From NCBI GenBank assembly GCA_965655095.1, contig OZ296656.1, positions 76,260,001-76,324,000 on the forward strand: a stretch of DNA of 64,000 nucleotides. Reading direction: 5' to 3'. A program made the position numbers and the translations under genes. The notes beneath the pieces are model-generated. The model was given only the letters and a program-made list of their open reading frames with translations. It had not been told where the DNA came from and searched no databases. Source of the DNA: Haplodiscus bocki. Its lineage: Eukaryota. Of the stretch, positions 13,601 to 24,700 are shown in pieces. How positions within the stretch are numbered: the first letter of the stretch is position 1; the number at the start of each line of letters is the position of its first letter.

Positions 13601-15509
13601 GTTTTTTTCTAGTTTTTAAATTTCGTTTCTTTCACCTTTTTTTAGCAAATGTTGTTTAGCTTTGATCTGTTTTTGGTATTTTATTGATTCAAATTTTAGT
13701 CACAATTATCACTTGTTAGTATTTTTTTTGAACCCTAGGTATTGAACATGAGTTTGGTTGTCAGGGGAATCGTATAGAAGTTTGCAAATTCAACATTTTA
13801 CTATTTGTCTTTTTCTAATATTTTGGGTGTTATAATTTAAGTGCTTTCCAATTTTTTGTGTGTCTTGTAAGGAATCACTAAAAACATCATTTTTTTTCGT
13901 AGTGGTGGTTATTATTGATTCCATCATTTGTTAATGAAATTTGAAGTTATTTGAAAAGTTTGAGAAGCTAACTGTTTTCCAAGTGAACAAGTTTTTCATT
14001 CTCTCTGAACTTTCATAATTTTATGCAAAATTGCTGATTATTTATTTGAATTCATATGAATAAAAAAGGCAGTTCAAATAAGTTTTTTATTAAATTTATC
14101 ACAAAAATCAGTATTTGAGTTGTTTCAATTAAATTTTAAAAATCTTCTGAATAATATCTTACTGTCGGTTTTTTTTACTATGTATCATTTTCTTTGAAAA
14201 CAAGTGAATAGTTATGAAAAATAGAGACGTAATGAAGTAGGTTTTTCTGAAAAAAAAAACATTTTCCTTACTGGCATTGTAACCCTTATTTATAATTTTA
14301 CTTCTTTTTCAGAAACCATATCTGTTTTCACATGTTACTTTTTACTACAAACCTTCCAACTGGGGGCAATATGAAAAAACAATGAGATTTTGAACGAAAA
14401 ATTTGCAAGAACAGTCATGTATTTGTTTTTGAATATGCATGTGAGGTACAAGGATATTTAACTGCAATTGCTGATATTTTTCTTTTTGTTAAAAGGTAAA
14501 TGCAGTTTTACTGCCGAACATCTGATAATTTTTAAAATTGGCCCCATTTGGTAGGTGTGTATATAAAAACACTATGTAACAAAAATTATTGTTTTTGAAA
14601 ATATTTTTTTTTTGGTTTCTCAAAACGGAGCGCTAGGTGAGGAAGGCTTGTTTGCTGTGGTGTCGTGAAATTTTTGGATTTTAAATTGTATAGACGTTGT
14701 ATTTACAAGGCACGTTGTTGAAAAAAAATACCTCTCAAATCTGTAATAGAAACCAGTAGGCTAACCCGCTGCTTTTTTTCACAGAAATGACAATTTTACA
14801 TTAGATGAGATTTCTGAGGATGCCAGACTGTGAACATTTGCGTCAAACTGGGCAGCTAGTTGAGCGTTCTGAGATTATAAATAGGCAAAAATAGAAATCT
14901 CAAATCTTTCGACACGACGGAGCTCAAAAAGAGAATCAGTTACCGGAACAGATTAATAAAAAATGAAAAACGACGCAGCTAGATTTTGTTTTTGAGGACT
15001 TGATATCATTAGTTGACTTTCTTCGGGAAAATATTTTTCCCGCGTGTGAGTGATTTTTCACAAACCACCTGGATAATGCCAAACTCAGTTTGACTTGGTG
15101 ACTTTAGGTCTTTAGGAGTCATAGACTGAGCGTAAGAGTCACGTCATGCCCATAATTTACGCCATCGTTTCCCTGTTTTCTGTCGTATCCCACACTCTTA
15201 GTCGTATCTAAGAACAGCGAACAGTCCAGGCATGCGAATATTTTCCGTGGTCCGGAGCTCGATCGTTTGTTAGCGGTAGTAATTTTAACAGAACTTGTAG
15301 CAGGTTTTTGTTAAAATCATTTACTGATCTGTGACGCTGCAGAACCAGGCCTAAATAGCGTTTAGAACACTCTTAGTTCTTTTTTCAAAAAACGTAACTC
15401 AGTTAACAAAATGAAAACATGCCGCCCACAAAAAAAGCATCTTTCATCTTCTCTATCGTTTTCATTATTTTAAGCCTTCTTTATAACACGGAAGGAAAAT
15501 CATCCTCTC

Positions 15510-15940
15510 GCCACCGGGGTTTTTGAAGTTTACTTGCCAATTACGAAATTGCTTGAGATTCTGACTTCGCAATTTCTCATCACTAATATATGGTAAACTT
15601 GCCGTAGAATGCGAATGAAATAGCTAGATTTATTCAAAACGTAGAAGATAGGTTTTTAAAAATATCAAATTTTTTGAATCAAACTCGACTTTTTTTTTCA
15701 AAAGCAAGAAAAGGTGACGAATTTTCTGTAAATGTGCACAATTGTAAAATTTGGTAAAAAAGTGGTTTTATAAACAAAAATTTTGACTTTTTTTTTAAGT
15801 TTTAAGTAATCGAAAATTTTCAAAATTGGAAGAGAATGTAAAAAATGCTGTAGAAAGCATATAAAAGTGTATTTTTTCTCAAAAACGTTTTCCTTGATAA
15901 TTGGATGGCGGAAAGTATCCCGCCGGTAGCTTGGCATCTT
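15510..15940 (-). repeat. Dispersed AAGACG-family element copy
   Basis: Shares gtttacttgccaattac and gccgtagaat.cga.tgaaatag with 4850-5287. Confidence 0.7.
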
Positions 15941-16499
15941 TTATTGAATTGCATTCTAAAATTCTCTGGCACCACTTTTCCTGGCACAAAATTTCATCTA
16001 GAGAGGATGAATTATGGTACCCTCAAAAAACGAGAAGTTTCGAGATATCATTTCCAAAAATTCTATTAATATTTGATTGTTCTAGATGCCCATTTTGTCG
16101 CATAGAAAATGAATATTCAAGATATATTTTGTTCTCAAAAACCCTCGTGGTAAAATTGTCTGTTTCTTCAAAGCCCCGTCAATACACATCCAGAAGAATG
16201 AGACTGCACAAAAATTTTTACTACGAATAATGAATACTTGTAAGTTTTTTTGAAAATTGCTAAACAATGATATGTTTTTTCGTGCAGTTTTGAAGAGTGT
16301 GGAAGAGTTTGTTTCGAGTGATGCATTTTTCGCGTGAAACAAATCTTGTTAAGTTTTGAATTCTCTATAAAAAATCAATTTTTGTAAAAAAAAAATTAAA
16401 TGTGTCCGTCGTACTCTCTGCGGATGTTAGATTTTTTTTCATTCTATCATGTTACCCGGGTTGAAGTCTCAAAGCAAATCAACGCAGATCAGCTCTGAT

Positions 16500-17760
16500 T
16501 CAAAAATTATTCAGTTTTGACTCATTACTGTCGTGGCCATCTTCTGGGTCAGAGTTTCGCGTCGTCTGGTTGTGGAAGATGCTTGGTTCAAGATGAGGAT
16601 CGCTCTGGAAGTTGTCCCCATTCGTTCCCTGGTTCGTGCTATATGTGTTCCGGGACATCTCCGGAGCGGTTCCGGAGTGGCCCTGAATTAGCAGGTTCAT
16701 GAGAAAGTCGTCAAGACGTGATAACGCGCCTAATATGCGGTTTTCCGTCCTACTGAACTCTTGAGACAACTTCTTTGTGACTTTTCCCTCAAATTCCTCA
16801 GAAACTTGAGTTATGTAGTCTACTTGGGATCTGGGAATATTCGAGTTTTGTGCCAAATTGCTCCTAGGATGTTCCTCACAATTTTCTTTGTTTAACGCTG
16901 CTAATTTCGACTTGTTTCTAAGAGTTGCCACCTTCTACGGAAAAGAGATTGTCGGTGATTAATAACTGATTGTCTTTACTGAAGAGGAATCAAATTGTTG
17001 TTTAACAGTCTTTTCAATAATGGAAAAAACAATACTGGGTATTATCGTCAGTACTACAGGAAAGCAACAAAATTCTCTCCTACTGTAATTCCATTTCTCC
17101 TATTTATACCTTTTCCTTGGCGGGAAACATAATTGTTTACACGCCAAGTCAAGGTACAAATAGGGGAAAATACTTTGTAAATCACAACATCAAAGTCAAA
17201 ACTCCGACTCTGGCGGGAAACAAACAGCTTTTCCATTTATCTCTTTCCTCATAAGACGCGCCCTTTCTATCTTTCGACAGCAAATGGACGGACCTAATCT
17301 GTCAGAGATGGACATCAAAATTTTCATTCCCGCGCCGACATATTGTTTTCCAGTTTGAAAAAGTGTCTACGATAAATGGGAAAAAATTACATATTTCCTC
17401 TAGTCAGGAAAATAAAATAAAATACAAGATGCATGAGTTTAAGCATGAAAGTAATAATATTCTATAGGAAAACAATTTGAAAAATATAAATATTTATCAC
17501 CCTCGTGCTCACTTCATCGTCATTCATAGCAGTTCACCAGTCTTTACTCCTTAGAAATGAGGAGAAACTACTAGCACCACTAGTTTACTCCTCATTCGTA
17601 AGAGTAGCGACTGGTGGCTTCCGGATAATTCCGTATTCACTAGTAGTGGTAGAAGTCTGCGCTCAAATGAGGAGTGAATGCGGAATCACACCGTATTCAC
17701 CACAGCACTGCAGCACGGCATAGTAAGGGTAGTATGGGTGACGTCACCAGACTAGTAGGG
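16500..17760 (-). mobile_element. Truncated retroelement fragment with a gag/ORF1-like N-terminus (MATLRNKSKLAAL...)
   Basis: 143-aa ORF (16500-16931) with a helical segment (ITQVSEEFEGKVTKKLSQEFSRTENRILGALSRLDDFL), locally higher GC and an abrupt end. The upstream leader is rich in inverted repeats. Superfamily (LTR vs DIRS) not determined. Confidence 0.45.
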
Positions 17761-18244
17761 ACGGAAAACGCACAGAACAAATATTCACTCCGAAAATCAA
17801 TACCCTTAAAATCAATTACTGTGCTCATAGCATCGATTTAATTACAATTTCTAATTAAACTGCACTTATTGCAATCAATCAAACCGTCAGATTTTATTGA
17901 AAAAGGTGGATATATATTTAGTAATGAAATAATTATATTAATATAAAAACTGCACTTTTTAGGTTAATATTGCTCTATGAATACTTGTTTGTTCCGTAAC
18001 GGTTCTGTCCTAGTCCGGATCAGTTTGGTTCCGTATAAATGCGTACCATTATGTATGTACATTTGTTATGGATACGTATTAGATACGTATCCGTATATAT
18101 GCACAATACTTAAAAAATTTTCTGAGATTCCATAGTTAAGAGATTGATTAATAGTTTTAGTTTTTGAGTTTTTTCTGAGCATTAGTGTGTCTTTCTTACC
18201 GGTACGTGCTGGCCGCATGCCTCGCAGGTATTTTGCAACAATTA

Positions 18245-18936
18245 CCTGAAAATTTCTGAACAGTGCTGAAAGCCCAGAGTTTTAGAGCTCAAAAGCAGCG
18301 CTGAACAGCACTGATTCAGCGTTGATTTTCTATGAAACAGAGTTGAACAGCGCCGATTTTCTCTGCAACAGAGCTGAACTGCGCTGAGTTTCTCTGAAAT
18401 AGCGCTTAGACACCAAATTTTAGAGGAAAAAATCATCCCCGTTCAGTGCTGTTTCCTTGAGTTGTCATTCGCTGAATCAGAGCTGTTTTAGAGTTGTCCA
18501 GGGCTGCTCAAAAGTTGTCATATTCAGGCGTCAACTAGTAAAAAACCGTAATTTACACGACTTTTCCCCTTTATCAGCCCATTTTTTGCTCAAAACCTTA
18601 TATTTTAGTTGTTTATCTGTTATACAGGTCACGTGCGGTCATGGAGCATGAGGAAGACGACAGGTGTTCCCATTAAAATTTTTGAAGAAATTTTTCGGCG
18701 AAAATGATTTTTTCCATAGCTGGAACACTCCAAAACTACGTGTTTTCCGTGATCCTAATACCTTACCAAACTTTTTGAAATCATTTTCGTCGATTTTCCA
18801 ACTCAGTCTGATTCAGCGCTGAAAAGCGCTGATTCAGAGAAGAAAAGCGCTGAACAGTTCTGAAACAGCATTGATCAGTGCTGTTTTTCAGACCAGTCTG
18901 AAACAGCGCTGATGTGCTGTGGGAGTTCAATCCGGG
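18245..18936. mobile_element. Non-autonomous DNA element with CAGCGCTG subterminal repeats
   Basis: Both arms are built from aacagcgctga/tcagcgctg units. It ends CCGGG-TA and starts TA-CCTG. Confidence 0.6.
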
Positions 18937-21529
18937 TACCTATTGGTCGTCATCTGCAATTTTTGCTACTTCTTTCTTGTATAGTCGGCGTTCTTGAATA
19001 AAATTTCCCAAATAATACATTAGCTTTTGTTTTTTCAAGACCACGAAATTGATGAAATTCTACAGAAAGTCTACAGTATAGAATGTCTTCGGCCCGCCTG
19101 GAAAGGACAACTCTAAGCATGGAAACGTAATATATTTTGTACAAAAATGCAAAAATCCCAATTATTTTTGGAAACGAAGTACCAAAAATTCCTGATACAA
19201 CCCCTTACATATTTTGAGCTGTATGGGCAACACCAACTTCAGCCTTTCGTGCTTCTTAAAAGCAAACCTAGCTCATTGGCTCGTAATGAAAACTTGCTTT
19301 CTCAATTTTTTGTCGGAAGAACTGTTTCTGAAACATCTTAGTGGGCGTTAGGTTCCAAAGAGGCTGCGGATGAAACTATTTTTGAGACAGACTACTATAC
19401 TAGACGCATTATATGGCAAGTTTGGAGAAATCGGTGCAATAAATGTTTTAAGCGTGCAATTTTGGTCATCGAACAACTGACAGATTTTATGTAAAAACAT
19501 TGAATGTTGAATGAATTATTTTCCATACATGAAATATGGGCAGAAAATAAAAATTAAAATCGGAGCAAGAATCGATCACTTTTACAGTAGAAAAGCCGAC
19601 TCGAGACAGGTTTTGAAATCGAGTGGCGAAAAATTGAAGCTGCAAATCCATCATTTCTGCAGTTAGGAAAACTGAAAATAATTAGTGAACTGACAATAAA
19701 CCAATCATCTTTGATATTTTTGAGCAATTGCAAATGGATGATTGAGATAATCTGCATAGAATAAGAATGGGCAATTTTGATTCAATGGAAAAGCCACCCG
19801 CCAACTATATGGTTATGGAATAAAATCAAACGTTTCCCAAAACCACGCAACTCGCCTGAAATGTTTGTCAGAACGTGGTTGTTCGAGCTGGCCCCGTTTT
19901 TGCATGGACATCGGTTAAAAACTAACAAGGGCTTGCAATAACCCTGCTTCTTTATATTAACATATCTTTTGTTAATTTTGATGCTATTAGCTTTTTTTCA
20001 TTTGTGATGTGATTTACCGTAACTTCAGTTGGCTTTATTGAAGTTTCGATCTCTGTTACTAATCTGGGCCAGAAAGAAAGTATAAAAGTAATAATAAATG
20101 GGACAAACTTTTCAGCAAGCCCATACCTCAGCTCGAATCGTTAGTTAACTTGCGAGAAAAAAGAGAAAGCACTGGGAAATTTAAGAAAAATCATCTAATT
20201 TTGTTCAATTTTTCTCCAGTGCTTTCACTTTTTTCCTCTCCTCCAGTTCTCCATTTTTTGAGTAGAAGGATTGGGGCGTGCGTCCGGAGAAACAATTTTG
20301 CTTTATTCATGAACAACCCTTCACGTTTTGAAATTCCGTTTCTAAACAACTAAAGATTACGTGTTACCATTCACTTAAAGCTAAAAGCGGAAATTAAAAA
20401 CAAACTGAAGTTATTTTGTTTCAACCTACGCTTGTTTTACTTGGTCCACACCTGCTGGTAGAAACGTTTTCGGCACCTCAATGTTTCTTTGCCATCCAAA
20501 TAAGGTAATGTGAAGTTTTATTTCATTTCTTATCAACGCCTCACCTTTGTCATTGTGAATATACAAAAAGCTTCTGTTTGGGTCCAAGATTGAAAGGAGA
20601 GCCTTTACGTGTCATTGAAGTTCTTTCGAAAAACTCAACATCAAAATAATTTTTTCGCTAAAGATAAATGGGCAATGTCATTTTGTTTTAGCTAGACGAG
20701 AAATTTTGAGCAATTTTCCGTGTCACGTGAAAAAAACAGTTCTCCTACCTTCTACACATGGAACTGTGATCTGAATGACGCTTTTTTGCCGATTGATGCG
20801 TATTCGTGTATTCCTGATAACTCCTGACAAAATATTCAACAAGACGGCCGGCTAGCTTTGGCATAATTTTTGCCCGATCGCAGTGTTTTATGATCAACTT
20901 TCGCGATTTTTTGCAAAAACGAGGAGAGTGTTTTCCAAAGGTTTTCCATGAATATCATTTGTACTATTGCTTCCGCATTTGTTGGGATTATCAATCTATC
21001 GGGGGTCCAAAGCAAAGTACAAAAGCCAAATATTATTTTTGAATTACCTTCTGAAAATAGCAACACTCTCTAGTGAGACCTTGATACTAGAAATACAGCC
21101 AATAGTTTTAGACAAAAAAAGTGATTATGAAGAAAAGCCACTACAAGTCACACCTTTTGCCAATTTTAGCCTTTGAGGGCACTAATTCAGGCACCGTAAA
21201 TCGCAAAATCTTCAACGAAACTCTCTCCAAAAAAATGTCCGTTGAGACTCTGTTGGATGAAGTGAAGTCGGTAGATTTGGAAAAAACAGAGCTCGAACCC
21301 CAGAAAAATCCATTCGTGAATTAAACTTTTGTCAATTTTAGCCAATCAAAAATCCATTGAGCGGTATAAAATCACAACAAGACGGTCAGCTAGTACCGGC
21401 ATATTTTTTGCCCAACTACAAATATTTTGATCAACTTTTGAAACGGTTAAAAAATTACTGTTTTCATATTAGTTTTCAAAGAGTTTTTACAAATCAATCC
21501 CACCACTGATTTCTGTACTTTATGCAAAA

Positions 21530-21970
21530 GGGTATCACGATTTTCCCTTGAAAAATTTTTGTCTCACAGTGCCGAAAAATTTCGTCGAGGAATCTTTCTC
21601 TTTTCCACAAAATTTCTGTTATCGAAAAATTTAAGGATAAGAGAGAGGGGGGGAGTATCAAGATTTTCTGTCAAAATTTTTTTCTCTCACAGTGCCGAAA
21701 AATTTATTCGAGGAACCCTCCTGTGTTCCAGAAATTTTCTGTTATCGAAAAATGTTAGAGATAAGAGGGAGAGGGAAGGGTATCACCATTTTCCGTCGGA
21801 AATGTTTCGTTTTACAGGGCCGAAAATTTTCGTAGGGGAACCCTTTAGTGTTTCACTAATTTCGGGTATCGAAAAATGTTAGGGATAAATCGTAAAAATT
21901 TTTGGCAGGGCAGTGACTCGAGCCACGAACCTACTGCTTGAGAACATTGTTGTCCTAAGCCTACCGCTGT
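21530..21970 (-). mobile_element. tRNA-headed SINE-like element with three ~124-bp tandem units
   Basis: Units start at about 21530, 21654 and 21778 (gtatca..atttt...tcacagtgccgaaaa...ttatcgaaaaat). The minus-strand head at 21900-21970 has a B-box-like ggctcgagtc. Confidence 0.6.
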
Positions 21971-22149
21971 CATTTATTTTTGAATGAAAAGAGTTGGCAA
22001 ATTTGGTCTGAACAAGAAGGAAAAACGACCCTACTGAATGAATAATTTTTCTTGTATTTTACATATGCGGCGAAAAATAATAATTCAGCTTCGATAACCG
22101 TTTACAAATAAAAACTGGTCGATTGACTTCTTGAACAAGATTTGCAGTC

Positions 22150-24700
22150 AGCTGCTTGGGAAACATTCAGTTCTAATAAAACGAAGCATCATACATGAAC
22201 AAAAATTTTGGCAATTCCGACCAAACGGGTTTTCTTTGGAAGGATGAAAAAGCAAAAAATGCAAACTCAATTAACTTTCACGAAAACAAAGCCGTCGATT
22301 AACACCTCGGTGAAAGAAAAACAGACGGTTTGCGTGAAGGCAACTGAATTTGACTTTCAAGACGAAATGAACAAAAATGCCATTTTGGCAATTTCAGCCG
22401 ATTAGATGTCCGTGGCAAGGACTGAGAGAAATGCAAAATTTGAGAAAGGAGTAAGTGTTTACAAGTAGAATAGATCGACTCCAACTTCGATGGAAGAATT
22501 GCAGACAGTAGTTTTAGAGAAGTGCAAATGTTATTTCATTGTAAAAACTAAACGATTTGCTTTTCTTGACTTTTTGGGTTCCTAGATGTTCCAATGTTGG
22601 AGCCACTTTCGAAACTTTTGTAATCTGATGAACTTTTGCAGGCAGAAAACGGTCATTTGAGATCGTGATGGAAAAAATGCTGTCGGTAATTTTTGAGAAG
22701 AACAAGCTTAGGTCCTTGAGAAAACCAAAACCTTTTTCAGCCCCGGGTTCTTTTGATTCAAAACAAATTCTAATCAATGACTTCCTTAAATGATGTTACT
22801 TCTGAAAGATATACTACAATTAGCAGGATATTGATTCAAAACTTGTAGAAACGATGCAAGTAGTTTTAATAGAGAGCGTCAAATTTCATTATCAGTTTGT
22901 GCTAATCCAGTTTCCATTGTAGAACCATGTCCGGCAACTGAATAGGTTTTACAAATAAAAAAGGCATTTTTGACGTTGACGGATGAATTACAGCTGATAG
23001 TTTTTGATTGCAGCGGGTTTTATTTTCACGAAGCGTCAAACATTTTGCAGCATTCGGAAATTTCGGCCTCCAAAAAATGATGCTTGGAATTTTTTCCCAA
23101 GTGCTAATATTAAATGATAGCTTACCGAATGAAAACTGTACTTTATGAACCTATTGGAAGAAATTCGGACAGTTTGCTGTGAGAAAAATTTTTATTGTTT
23201 TGACGATCACTTCTACGAATACACTTTTTTTGGAGTTTTCTCACTATCAGTTTTTTGTTGCAATGATCCAAACGGAAAACTTGGGAAACGAGCAAATTCT
23301 CCAATTAGAACTTCTTCGAAAAAATTTTCGAATTGCTGCTGGTAGTTTTGCAGAGCAGCAGGTTTGTTTTTTACAAAAAATATAAATTTTTTGCACCTTC
23401 TGGCTATTCTACTCTCGGAAAAGTTTCCGAATTAAGGATTAAATCAAAAGTTTTCAGTTTTGAAAGATAATGTACATCTTCCTCAAAAGTGCATACAGTT
23501 TTTTCCAAAAAATTGAGCTTGACTACCGTTTTGCGCCCATCAGGTCTCCAAAGCTTGAACAAAATAGAATGTTTGGTAGCTCAGTAACGTTTTAAAAAAA
23601 CGGTCAATTGAATCCTTGACGGATTAAATGCAGCAAGTATTTTTTTGCAAAAAACAGTTTGCATTTTCAGGAATCATCAATTTCTCTCATTTTTTTTACC
23701 GTTTTCGGCCGATAAAAGAAAACAATGCAAGAAACTTATCCGCAAATATAAAAAACGAATGACGCTTTACGCTGGAAAATTTGCTCATTCAAAACTTGAT
23801 CGAAGGAACGCAGCTGGTAGCAGTGAATTAACTTTAATTTGATTTTGAAGGCGTCTCATACGAATCTTCATTTATTGGTAAATCCCTCCGATCAGTTTTG
23901 AGTTGCAAAGATCAGAAAATCCGATTTAAATTTAGATTAAAAGCGAATATCTGGAAAATGTCGATTTGAACATTCATGAGGAAAATGTAGCCAGTAGCTT
24001 TGGAGAAGGGCAGGTTTGATTTTGTAGTTTAACTCAGAGCTTTTTGCACTTCCTTTTTTTGTGTCCAGCAAACTCCCAATGCTAAAGCCGAACTTCAAAT
24101 CATTGTTAGCGAATGATTGTTTGTTTGCTGCCGAGAAAGTGTTCACTGATAATTTGATGGAAGAGATGCAGTCGGTTGTTTTGAAAGAAAATTAGGTTGT
24201 GTTGGACGTAAGCTCATACAATTTGGACATTCTATGACTTATCAATTATCAGCTGTCACGACGTTCCAATATTTATCAATTGCCAGGATTGAAATGATTG
24301 AACTGTTAATGAAAGAAGTGTTGTTAGTTGTGGAATTTTTAAACGACAAATTGATGGAACGATTGCTGCCCGTTCTTTTGAAGAACTGGAGGTTAGATTT
24401 TCGAGGAAATGGTTCCTTCTATACACTTTTTGACTAATTCAGTACATAAGTTGTCCGATGCAAGAAACTTTTCCGGTGAGTTTGTTTTTGAGTTGCAATC
24501 AAGCAGAAAAATGCTGCCGGTATCAATGTTGAGACAGAGGATTTCAAGTGACTTTTCACAAAAACATTCAATTTGGCTAACAAAGATGATCTTTCTTCCT
24601 TTCTTTGATGGTGTTTTCGAAAATTTCAACCAAATTGTTTGGTTTTCCAAAGTCGAAACTCCTGAATTCACTTAACATTTCTCTACTTGTTTTGTTCACA
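22150..24700 (-). pseudogene. Decayed coding region, possibly iGluR/ionotropic-receptor-like
   Basis: Chain of broken minus-strand frames with SITISNDRF, KSFSFY, ESIYSTCKHLL, LPRTSNR and MAFLFISS*KSNSVAF, in the order expected for S1, pre-M1, M2 and M3. Confidence 0.3.
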
